Below, in pieces: positions 38,104-50,139 of a stretch of 64,000 nucleotides of DNA. Numbering within the stretch: position 1 is the stretch's first letter; the number at the start of each line of letters is the position of its first letter. This DNA is from Octopus bimaculoides (lineage: Eukaryota): assembly GCF_001194135.2 (NCBI RefSeq), contig NC_068982.1, positions 135,953,403-136,017,402 on the forward strand, read 5' to 3'. Below the pieces are notes generated by a model that worked only from the letters and a program-made list of their open reading frames with translations, was not told the DNA's origin and searched no databases. Made by a program: the position numbers and the translations under genes.

Positions 38104-38268
38104 TACTAATAATAACAACAACAACATCAAAAAATACCTTAGGAATGAGAACCCAGGATCGAAATTTCCTCAACAAACCTGTTGAAGGGTGGAATGTGTA
38201 TCAGCCGAAACCACGTGTTAACAACAAGCAACATGAGGACAAATATCCGTCAAATGTAAATAATGTAC
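37805..38268 (-). mobile_element. Composite element: tRNA-like head (38054-37972), (AAT)n and hammerhead-bearing Penelope-like tail (37971-37805), with an inverted tail copy at 38055-38268
   Basis: A box tggcgtagtgg (38029-38039) and B box gttcgattcc (37985-37994). The arms are reverse complements. CTGATGA lies at 37872-37878(-), and CTGTTGA...GAAAC at 38179-38211(+). Confidence 0.75.
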
Positions 38269-39671
38269 ATAATTCCTCATCTCTTAAATATAGAACTGTA
38301 ACACTGATGGTGTCCACTTGTTTTGACAATGGTTTCACCATGCTGGTCACTCAGTACTCTACATCTCTCCGGGAGAAATTAAGGGGAAAAACGAGAAACT
38401 GTACCATCAAGTACATATTGTCTTCCCATACTGAAAACGCCAAATAGAAATGTCAAAAGAATATTCACAATGTTTATAGCACGTTTTGTAGGCTAGAAAA
38501 TTGTTTTAAATTTTTTTGAAAGTTATCTATGCTGACTTTTCATTGCATTCCAAAATACAATAAAATATATTACTTTTAAGAATTTTGGAAATACCTGACT
38601 AACAAACTTGTTAAATTTCCCCTTGTTAATTGCTGGAAATTTATCATCGGCTGTAGGAAAAGTGTGTTTGTTCTATCAATAAAAGCTTTTGTAAAAGTTT
38701 TCATTAGTTTAAACCTAATAGCCGTGAGAATTTGCAGACTGATAAAATATAACGCAATTTGACTGTTACCTATTAAGACAAGCTATTTAAGAGGATTTAT
38801 TTAATGCCAAATTCAAAGAAATTCGTAGTAGCTGTTCGGGAATGGAGATATGCAAAAACAGTCAGTCACTCATAACGCATGATCGCGTGCGCACGCACAC
38901 ACACACAAGCACATGCGCATGCGTACACACACACACACATGCACGCGCGCACACACAGAGGCTTTTAATAAGCCACAACCCAGCTGTCATATTCATATAA
39001 AAAGCAAATATACTTGTTATGAACATGTTGCTCTTCCTCTCCACTTCCAGAAAAGTCTCTCATACATGTTTCTCCTATAGATAGGATATGATAATTTGAT
39101 CGATGAAATGTCCTTACGGAGAGCAAGGAAATGTTTATTCGGACCATGAGCAAGCAGGTAAGATTGGTTCAGCCTTGAACCTGGAAGCCTTGTCTTTACT
39201 TTTGTCAAGCCTTATTCTCTTACAAGATCATTTAGCTAACCCCGAGAAACCTTATGCAGTTGTGTAAAATTCCTGACATATTGATTCATGAAATGCAGTA
39301 CAATTATGCATTTCTCTATTTTTCCATATAAACAAGTTTGCAATGCTTAATCAAAAAGGAGAACTACAAATGTCACTAAATGTTGCTACATTGCTAGAAA
39401 TAAGAGCTAAAGCACTCTAATGCTGTAGTTAATGCACATGAATTAAAATATATACACTAACATGGACCATAATCATTCGAAAAGTACCGATCGAGAATTC
39501 TTAAAACTGAAGCGTCAGTTACGGCAATATTTCCATTACCCTCACTCTCTCTATATTACATATTACATAAGCAATAACCCTGCATATCTTACGTCTATTT
39601 TCATTCCTCCACTTCACTCTCTATTTCATATCTTATCTAGAATAACTATTGCTTAACCATCTTCTCACACC

Positions 39672-39719
39672 GTCTCCGATGAAGGGATATATAAAATATC
39701 TCAGAAACAGCTGTAGGAC
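39672..39719 (+). ncRNA. Type I minimal hammerhead motif (Penelope-type) with U4C change
   Basis: gtct-CCGATGA-a-gggatat-ataaa-atatctc-a-GAAAC-agct-GTA-ggac. Stems I, II and palindromic III all form. Confidence 0.55.
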
Positions 39720-40520
39720 CTCTTTATAAATGTTTTGACATCTTTCACAGCCTTGGATTTTTAACTCATTCTGAAAATTTATATATATATATATATNNNN
39801 NNNNNNNNNNNNNNNNNNNNNNNNNNNNNNNNNNNNNNNNNNNNNNNNNNNNNNNNNNNNNNNNNNNNNNNNNNNNNNNNNNNNNNNNNNNNNNNNNNNN
39901 NNNNNNNNNNNNNNNNNNNNNNNNNNNNNNNNNNNNNNNNNNNNNNNNNNNNNNNNNNNNNNNNNNNNNNNNNNNNNNNNNNNNNNNNNNNNNNNNNNNN
40001 NNNNNNNNNNNNNNNNNNNNNNNNNNNNNNNNNNNNNNNNNNNNNNNNNNNNNNNNNNNNNNNNNNNNNNNNNNNNNNNNNNNNNNNNNNNNNNNNNNNN
40101 NNNNNNNNNNNNNNNNNNNNNNNNNNNNNNNNNNNNNNNNNNNNNNNNNNNNNNNNNNNNNNNNNNNNNNNNNNNNNNNNNNNNNNNNNNNNNNNNNNNN
40201 NNNNNNNNNNNNNNNNNNNNNNNNNNNNNNNNNNNNNNNNNNNNNNNNNNNNNNNNNNNNNNNNNNNNNNNNNNNNNNNNNNNNNNNNNNNNNNNNNNNN
40301 NNNNNNNNNNNNNNNNNNNNNNNNNNNNNNNNNNNNNNNNNNNNNNNNNNNNNNNNNNNNNNNNNNNNNNNNNNNNNNNNNNNNNNNNNNNNNNNNNNNN
40401 NNNNNNNNNNNNNNNNNNNNNNNNNNNNNNNNNNNATATATATATATATATATATAGATAGATAGATGCATGCATACATACATAATACATACACACATAC
40501 ATAAACTCGAACACACGTAT

Positions 40521-40805
40521 AGTGGAGGTGTGTGGGTTAGTGGCTGGGTATAGAGCTCTCGATGGTGAGTTCTATTCCCGGTAGTGTGTTGTGTCCTTAC
40601 GTTGTTCCAATCCACTTAGCTAGCAAAAATGAGAGGTACTTGTGATTCAAAGGACCAGCCTCGTCGCATTCCATGTTACACTGAATATTTTTGAGAACTA
40701 CATTAAGAGTCCGCATGTCGGTGGAGTGGTCAGCCACTTGCATGGTAATTTCATGAGCAGGATCTTCTGTAGATCGGATCAGTTGCAACACTCCTCGTCG
40801 TAATT
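40521..40805 (+). mobile_element. Degenerate SINE combining a family C-like CORE domain with the family D 3' domain
   Basis: gttgttccaatccacttagctagcaaaaatgag (compare 11830-12087) is followed by tgagaactacattaag...ggagtggtcagccacttgca...aatttcatgagcagg (compare 36857-37030). Confidence 0.7.
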
Positions 40806-41450
40806 TACAATCTTCCAAGCCAAACCACTATTGTTCCTGAAAGTCGTTTTTATACCTTCTACTGACTGCTCGAAGCTCAGCATTTTTCTACACCTTGATC
40901 TTGGACCTTACCTATATACACACACAAACTCACACACACACAGAGTTTATGAATAAAACTGCAAAGACATTACAAAAACTGTAACTCAGAGTTTCACGTC
41001 CCCGTTTGTCGGATTGGAGCGTGAAACTCTGAGTAACAGCTTTTGTGAAGTCTTTGCAGCTTTATTAATAAAGCATATTACTCTACCACCAGTAGTCGAG
41101 TACAATTTTTACTACCTTGTTTCACATTTATGTGCTTCCTCTAGTATACACACACACACACACTCACATACACATATACATATATATATATATACATACA
41201 TATATATATATANNNNNNNNNNNNNNNNNNNNNNNNNNNNNNNNNNNNNNNNNNNNNNNNNNNNNNNNNNNNNNNNNNNNNNNNNNNNNNNNNNNNNNNN
41301 NNNNNNNNNNNNNNNNNNNNNNNNNNNNNNNNNNNNNNNNNNNNNNNNNNNNNNNNNNNNNNNNNNNNNNNNNNNNNNNNNNNNNNNNNNNNNNNNNNNN
41401 NNNNNNNNNNNNNNNNNNNNNNNNNNNNNNNNNNNNNNNNNNNNNNNNNN

Positions 41451-41490
<40 letters not shown>

Positions 41491-42263
41491 CATGTATGTA
41501 TGTATGTATATGAACATACATATATGGTGGGATAGTTATCACTGAAATTAAGTAGTGTAATGCAATTCATGTGCTATATGAAAATCGAAATATATTTTAC
41601 GTATGACTTCACGTGCTGTTTAGTAATGCCAGTCCATATTTTATATAACTTGCAAGATATATAAATACGCTCATATCAATGTGCTATACTTTAACTGATT
41701 CATGTATAGAAAATGTGTTACAGAGTATGTAAAAGCTTTGTAGTTCTTTAATTTTTTTAAAGAACGATCGCATGATGCAAACGTTTATTATACCGATACG
41801 TATGAAAAATAATAATAAAATTTTAAAAGAATAGAAATCAGACAGAAAAAATAAGTAAATAAAGAATAGTACTGCCTTGAAATTCTATATTGCTGTATTC
41901 TCAATACGTGACGGCATGTACATGGTGTCTACAGATAAAAAAAATCAGAAAAAACTCCTCATGGCAATTGTTAAGGCCATTGTCTAGTTCAGCTCATTTC
42001 TTCCATAAACTTTGCAGCAGCAGTAATACAGAATATCCAATACAGAACATAGACGATAGGAATCCATGTCACAAAGCATTACAGGAAATGGTTGACATTC
42101 AAAAGAAAGTATTTCAGTAACGACTAACCATAACTACAATGGAGACAGTGAGTTTCGCCGTTGCCTCTGTTGCAAATTAGGTCACGTGCTATTGCTGTTT
42201 TAGTCTTCATTCAATCAGCAGGCATGTAGTCGTCGGCGTTCAGTTTTAAATAAGCCGCTAAAT

Positions 42264-42516
42264 CGGTGGTTCTCAACTGAGATCTATACAGCCCTTGGGT
42301 ATTCCCCAAAACACTTTTTTTGGTAAAATTTCTGTGCACTAAATTAGTTGTATTTCTACAACACACAAAATATATGAACAATATTTTGATACAATTTAGA
42401 ATGTTTCATTATCAAAATCTAAAACGATGCTTTAAACATTGAATGGCTATGAGGGTCGATCCAAGTAAAACAGGAATCATTGGAGTCCACTAGCAGAAGA
42501 TGGTTGACAAACAGTA
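42264..42516. mobile_element. Non-autonomous hAT (Charlie/MER5-like) MITE, degenerate
   Basis: Left end cggtggttctcaac. Right end ggttgacaaacagta is an imperfect complement. Confidence 0.5.
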
Positions 42517-43165
42517 CACTAAACGAAGCATCACGGTGTAGTTTCGTATTGATATCACGTCATGTATGTGTTAATCTTTCCTAATAAAAACGATTTTATA
42601 CATTTCACCCGGCCTAGTCGATAACATCTAGCGACACTACCATTGATATTTCTCTTTTTTTTTTTTGCTTGTTTCAATGTGTATCATACCAACGATGCGT
42701 TCTACCAGGTAAAACTCTTTTCAGTACTCTGTATGTATTCTAAATAGACCACGAGCGTATCATTATGGGGCTCAGACGTTTTGGCCCAGCCATTTTAACG
42801 ACGCTGAGTCGACATTGACTTATTTGACTTCAGACGACTTAGTTGGCTCTTTTTGACTCTGCCTCTGTTCCTCTCTTCTTCTTCTTCTTCTTCTTCTCTC
42901 AGTTTGTGTGTATGTAGAGTGGAGAAAGTGCTTGTAACAATCATGTTCAATTAATAAATTGTAATGAATTGCTCTTTCCCACCCCCTCTTTCTCTCACTA
43001 TTTCTATCTATATGCATATATTTTCCTGCACGCGTGTCTCTGTATGTGTGTGTGTATGTGCACGTCCTTGTGTCTGTGTGTGTGTGTATTTGTATGTATG
43101 TATGTAAGTATGTATGTGTGCTTGTGGGCGCGTGTGCGGTGCGTATTTGTATTTTTGTGTGTGTA

Positions 43166-43205
<40 letters not shown>

Positions 43206-44326
43206 CGAACCTCCTTCTCCAAAACCTAACATCACTAAAACAGTCTGAATGTCCAGTGAGTCATACCAAATCATCAGCATCCAGACAAGCACATTAACTC
43301 GCTCCATGCTTTGTCACGTTGTCATGTTGTCACACTGATGTCAGTTAAAAAGACACGAAACCGTGACTAGCGAAGCTAATTTAAATGTCATGGAGTTAAA
43401 ATCTATCTGTATGCTGCAATACACTCTAACATGAAACGAATATGGATAACAATGTCTCATTACATGATTTAATGCAACAACGTGTAAAGACTCACTAGCA
43501 TTTTATTTTGCATTTCAAACGTACAGTATAAACGGAAAAATGCTTATTAACTTGAGGTGACTGCTGAAAGAGGGCGATATCTTAAGTCACCATCCTTTGA
43601 AGATATTGCAATATCTTGAAATTGCTTCCGCAGTTCCAGCGTGCAGCATGGCATCTCCCATGTTTATTTCACCTATTTCAGTTACGAGCATCTTTACTTA
43701 TACATAACACAAACTTGCAATCTTTAGAGTAGACATTATATTTCTGGATTGGGTGGTCGTATTTCCGTTACTACGGGCATGTGCGGAGAATTAGAGGGGA
43801 TAAAATCATAGAATAGATCTCACAAGCAAGGTTAATTGGTAGACAATAAAAGTGAGGGGAATGAGGTGTGTGGATAATATTCATAGCCTCAATTAGTTCC
43901 CTTGAAGATCAAGCCGGATCGGTTGCTGTTGGCAGCTGCTAGTGTTAACCTTTGGACGTTGTGTCAGAGGGTTCTGCTCCATAAGCCCCAAAAGAATAAG
44001 TAGGCGATGAAAGTGAATGGATGGATGGGTATATTTAATATTCATTCGTGAATAAGGGCATTTCTATCTATAATATATGCAACATACCTGGAACGAATAC
44101 GATTTCATAAATATATGCACACTTCTTTCTCTTTCACTCTCTTTCTGCTCGCATACATACATACATACATACATACATACATACATGCATACGTACATAC
44201 GTGCATACGTGCATGTATTCATACATGTATGTATTTATGTGTATACATTGGGCACAAAATGAAGAAAACATTGGGAGAAGAGTTTGAGCAAATTTATTAG
44301 TTTAACCTTTAAAACAATGGATTGTA

Positions 44327-44363
44327 TTTTGACGTTTCAGGCGCCAAATCTTCATCAGAAAAA
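44327..44363 (-). ncRNA. Type I minimal hammerhead ribozyme motif with intact catalytic core
   Basis: Minus strand reads tttt-CTGATGA-ag-atttggcgc-ct-GAAAC-GTC-aaaa. All core nucleotides and the GUC triplet are present. Stems are very short. Confidence 0.6.
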
Positions 44364-47300
44364 ATAAAAGATCAAGATGTTCATATGTATGCATTCGCAT
44401 ACATATAAATACTGGCACTTACACACAGAAAAACACACACATATATTTGTATATATATGCATATATAAATCTATACACACCAAGGCCAGCACGCGTACAG
44501 ACGCATATATGCATGCATCGTATGAGATTCTGTGTTTGCACGCATACGAATGTTTGCATAAATCATTTTCTACCCTGTACAGTATTTATTTTCTTCTCCA
44601 CGTCCTTCGAACCACACGCAAACAAACATACATCGCTCCACACATAAACATAAATGCATTCACCCGAAGACATGCTTTTGCATACACACTTAAAAAGAAA
44701 TTACGCATGCTAAAAAGTCACTCACCCTTAACACATACATCTATTTGTACAGACGGAAACATCGGTTGATAATACATGAATTTCTCCTATTTGATGAATA
44801 TTACATCCTAACCTTGAATGACGTGGACGCCTCCATTTTTTCAAGAATGCAGATAGTGTTCATCTTTCAGTTACATTTCTATTCATATTCCCTCTTTTTT
44901 AATCGTTTCCTTCTCAATTGATCATTCTTTTCAATTAGCTTTAATGTTAATTAAAGAAAATATTTTACTATTTGTATTTTATTGTTTTAGCATCTAAAAT
45001 TTGCTCAGCAGTCTTGCCAGTTTCCTTCACTAGAATTTCAATACTTCTTTCTAGTTTTTCATTATACAAAAGTCACGATCTTCAACATAATTTAGGTTAC
45101 GTTACTCTTTCAAGTAAGATTTACTGCGTGATTCGGATTTTTTAAAATATCATTTTTTACGACTTTTAAGACATTTCTATGATTTCGTTGCAAATAATAT
45201 TGTATATACTAAACTTCCAGCCTGTGTAATCCTAAAACATTCCCTTTCTTACAAATTAGCATATTAATGTTTCGTTTATGGACCTAACTCGAAACCATAG
45301 GATGTTGATAATACATACAGAGTTGAGTAGTAATCGCAATTTATAACATTTATGTAGAATTTGACAAATCATTTTGAAGTAAAATTTAAATAAGATAATT
45401 GCTTGGTATCAGAGAGTCAATATGTTGTGATCAAAGTTTATATAATTTCTCTTGACTATCTTTAAGATATTGCATTTTATAGGGAAGGAGAAATATCTGG
45501 TGGTGACGTTTACGTCTTTTTCTTCATGGGAATTTAATGGCGTAAGTGAAATGAAAATGTTTTAAATAAGAATGGAAATAGTATCACATAGTTGGGTGCT
45601 GACTCTATGGTTCTTGAAACACAGGAATATATAACTAATTATCTTACTGTATCCATCTCAAAGTGAATAAATTTTATGTTGACATCCACAGTACTTAAAA
45701 GCAGGATTTTAATGCTGCCAGCTATGTTTCTTGTGATGAATACACCTAGATATGCAGTTTTAGTGCAAAGTAAATAAAAGTTTCTTTTAAAGACAAGATT
45801 AAAATAAAGTTTAGCTTCGATAAATAAAAATTTCATCCTCGAATGAAAAGTTAAAAAGTATATAATTAGCTTACAATAGAATGAACTAGAATAGCTGTTA
45901 TCTTAAGCTATCACTCTGATTTCTTACCAATGTCTGCTCTCAGTATTTCAAGTGATGTATTCTTTATATCACTACACTAGTTCAAAAAAACAAAGGCGTA
46001 TACGAAAATACCCGTATGTTATAAATTAAAATCTATCAACACACTAACTCGGTGATGTTTCATTTTTTGCTTTGTTTTGCTCGTGTTTTATCCTGATATT
46101 TTTAGACTGCTAACGTATAGTAAAGCAAGATTTACCGATAATAGTCTACATGCGATTCGTTTATTATCATCTTGTCTCCTGAAGGGTTGAAAGGAAGAAA
46201 AATTTATGGGGAAATGGAATTTAATTCCTAGTTCAGTCCCTTGTTAGACATATATCGAGCTATATTTCTCCGTGCTGTTATCTTGATGAAAATAAAAGCC
46301 AGTGAAATCGACCTCTGGCTTGGTCAGAGTAAAATATATGCTGACATAGAAGAATATATTTTAAATTTGAACATAGTTTTAGTCGTCTCTCCTACAACAT
46401 AGCTTAAAGGTATATTTTCTCAGCAATGACTACAAAGATATTGAAGACAAAAAATATTGTAGTGACTATCCGAATAAAGACAGAAATTACGACATAACAA
46501 ATAGAAAACCTTTCATGTGGCATAATTCCTCAATAAGTTCGTTCATTTCACTCTGTAGCATATAATATAACGCATTTATTTGAATACTGCGGATAGTAAA
46601 CTTTCAAATATTTACACAGCAGTTAAAAAATGCTTTGATGTAAATGCAAGTATAGTGAGGTATAAAATTGATTGATTGATATAATAAATATACTGTTATG
46701 CTTTAAATGTATGAAATTTAGAGCAGTTTTCTGGCACATCATATCCATCTTTTCCTGCTAAACTTAAAACCAATGGTGATCTTGATGATATTCTCCTAAT
46801 GGAAATATTGGATTAAAGATATTAGATTAAAGAAAAGTTTTTTTCTTTATTATTTTTATTTTATTGCAAACTATTACGTATGAAATATTAAGATCCCCCT
46901 CGACATTCTAAGTCCTTGGAAAATATTTCAATCAAGTTCATTCAAATTCAAGGAAAGATAACATAGTACTACTTATTTTCAGAATACTACGATAACGCAT
47001 ATGGTTTTAATTGAAATTATTACTACATTGATTTAAAATCAAATACGATTGAAACACATACGTTCAAAACAACTGCCTTAAGATAGCAAATCAGATTAAA
47101 TAAATAGGTCTGTCTAACGAGACAAAAATGTATCTGTCTAACCAGATAAAGTGTTTCTCACTTTGAATTTTAATTCTAGTTTGGCACAATGCCGCAATTT
47201 TAGAGGAGAGGTAAGTTAAATAAAACTGCCGCAAATTTCACCTGTTACGTATTTTATCTATTTCAAAAGTATGAGAGGCAAAATCGACCTCAGCTGACAA

Positions 47301-47978
47301 ATCATGATGAGTTGAAAGAAATGCCTCTATGCAGTTTTTCCGATGCGCTAACGCGCCTGCCAGGTCACCACCTTAAGATACCGCTATTAAATTTACTTAG
47401 GACTCCTGGAAAATTTGCGGTTTCACAAAGTGAATTTAAGTATTTTATTCTTGTATATAACTGCTTCAGAACACATTCGTGTCACCTGTTAAATTTTATA
47501 AAATATATGCAAGTAGAATATTCAGATTAATTAAGCTATGTTCTTTAATGTCAGATCTTTAATATACTTGCGACATGGCTTCAGAAAAGAACCCACGCGA
47601 TACTGAATTTAATAATAATACGGCAACAATGCAAAAACTTTTGCGGAGAGGAAAGCCTTTTTTTTCTGCCGACGGCTTATATGCCCCTTGATTGGACTGT
47701 TTTTTTTAGACATTGCACGGTGATCTCCATAAGCTTAAGCTTATATAAAAATGCCATTATTATTATTTACAGGATTGTAAACTCGGCGCCGTAAAAAACA
47801 AAAAAAAACAAAAAAACATTCGCACCGAAAGCGTATATTTTACTATATATATATTACTATCGTAAATATGAGGGTAATAAATCCAAATGATTTAATACCA
47901 GTGGTTAGCATGCATAAATAAAAGTCATAAGAAAACATACTTTTAGAAGTATAAGAGAGTATAAGATATTTTTATAGA

Positions 47979-48466
47979 CAAAGAGGTGAAGACCTTTGAC
48001 AGAACTCCTTACATGTTAAAAAGAGCAGTCAAAAACCAAACCACGGAAAAGAGAACTGATCTGGCACGCCGTTATAACACTAAGACGAAAAAAAAAATTA
48101 TGAGGCTATAGAGGATACAGTTCCAAATTTCTTTATTTACTGCTGGACTATAAAAATTACGCTCGCGCACTAAATTCGAATCCTTAATGGATAAAAATGT
48201 AGCTGTCTTGCGCACGTGTTTTCGGTACGTATTTGCAACTACATATTTATTCATTAATTACCGATTCCGCTGATGAGCTACAGATTCCGCTGATTAGTTT
48301 ATTTGGTTATTAATAGCGAAACTCGAGCTACGGATTAACCAATTTATCTTTCTTTTCGTTCCTTCTATTGTTATAACGGCATACCTCATGAATTCTCTTT
48401 TTCGTGGTTTGGGATTTAACTGGCCTTTCTAGCATCTAATGAGTCCTCTCAGTGGTGACCTCTTTG
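47979..48466. repeat. Inverted repeat (arms 47979-48079 and 48369-48466) enclosing a hammerhead motif
   Basis: caaagaggt, ccaaaccacg.aaaagagaa and gccgttataaca blocks occur in both orientations. Confidence 0.6.
48266..48334 (+). ncRNA. Type I minimal hammerhead motif with a 1-nt insertion in stem III
   Basis: tccg-CTGATGA-gcta...tagc-GAAACTCGAG(c)TA-cgga. Confidence 0.5.
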
Positions 48467-48969
48467 TGCATAAAAGATATTTTATACAATCTTATACATA
48501 TGTACTTTCCACTGTATGTTAAGCACGTAAGGAGGCAATTGACTTTGAGAGATCAGTGTATCAGCTAGCCTTTATGAATATTTCCCCATCAAATGAATGG
48601 CAATACGCCGGTAACGAACCTTTTTTTAATTGGGACTCATTAAAATCATTTAATTTTATATCACATTTCGAAGCTTCCCAAGCAGCAATAAATTGCAATT
48701 CGCTTGTCTTAATTTGGCCTAAAGACTTTCCATGTTTCTCCATAGTTTGATTATCATTTAAATGAACATCTATTCGCAATGCATCTGTAAGTGACTTCGC
48801 TTACATTTTGTGGCGTTTTGTTTTTGCCTTTTAGTAAGAAAAAACGATGATATAACAAAGTGGGTGATACATCATACAATATTCGGGCATATAAGAATCT
48901 GTAAGTATTATGTCATTGCAGCTTTTCATACTGTAATGCTTAAATGTAGTCCCTGCCGTGTCCACAAAG

Positions 48970-49019
<50 letters not shown>

Positions 49020-49157
49020 CCAACTTACCTTCCTACCTACCTACCTACCTACCTACCTCCCTACATACCTACCTAATTACCTACCTACCTACCTACCTAC
49101 CTACCTACCTACCTACCTACCTACCTACCTGCCTGTGTGTGTGTGTGTGTGTGTGTA
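48970..49157. repeat. Compound (TCTA)n(CCTA)n(GT)n microsatellite
   Basis: Direct. Confidence 0.95.
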
Positions 49158-49586
49158 AGAGAGGGAGAGTGAAATTTAGATAATTCCTACGGTCATTTCA
49201 CCACCATTGTTGCTTGTAACCCTGCGCTGGGTGGTGCAAGTGCATTTGAATTATTAACCGGAACGGATAATCAGAGGTAGCTTTATTGCATTAAGTAATA
49301 GAAAACTATTTTCAAGAGCTGGATATTTGACGAGACATTATATAAATATTTTAAAAGGAGAGCAACTAGTGAGAGCTGGAAAAAAGAGAAAATTGAAAGA
49401 GGGACAGAAAAGACAAATAGGGAATAAAATGAGCAAGAGAAAGAGGTAGAAAAAAACCATGAAAGGATTGGAGAGGAAACTTAGGATGGGGAATAATTAG
49501 AAATATGGACACATATACACACATGATACAATTTAAGCACGTATATGTATATAAACATATCTATATATTATGCATACTATCATATG

Positions 49587-49619
<33 letters not shown>

Positions 49620-49650
49620 ATTTATATAAAGGGCATTATTACAGAAAATA

Positions 49651-49760
49651 ATAACGCCACACAGTGGACTTCTCAAAATAACCACATTTAGTACTTAATG
49701 CGAGGTACTAAATGTGGTACTAAATGTGGTTATTTTGAGAAGTCCACTGTGTGGCGTTAT
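49651..49760. repeat. Perfect 44-bp inverted repeat hairpin ending at an assembly gap
   Basis: 49651-49694 is the exact reverse complement of 49717-49760, with a 22-nt loop. Confidence 0.9.
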
Positions 49761-49921
49761 NNNNNNNNNNNNNNNNNNNNNNNNNNNNNNNNNNNNNNNN
49801 NNNNNNNNNNNNNNNNNNNNNNNNNNNNNNNNNNNNNNNNNNNNNNNNNNNNNNNNAGAGAGAGAGAGAGAGAGAGAGAAAGGGACAAATTTACACATAT
49901 GCACATATGTATGGCATGAAT

Positions 49922-49964
<43 letters not shown>

Positions 49965-49999
49965 CATACATATATATTCATACATACGTACATAATATA

Positions 50000-50035
<36 letters not shown>

Positions 50036-50139
50036 TTGGGTCATCCCAATGCGGCTTTTTCAACTGCATAAACTAAATGTCAGAGGGGGGGGGACGGGAT
50101 AACTTACTTGCATCAGCTTGCTATAAAACCAGGTAGTAA

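Noticed and set aside
43329-43367. CTGATG...GAAAC hammerhead-like motif
   Set aside because: A9 is missing and there is no valid NUH triplet.
43591-43672. Possible minus-strand internal exon (GEINMGDAML...)
   Set aside because: Its phase is incompatible with the 56677 donor (immediate stop) and there is no independent support.
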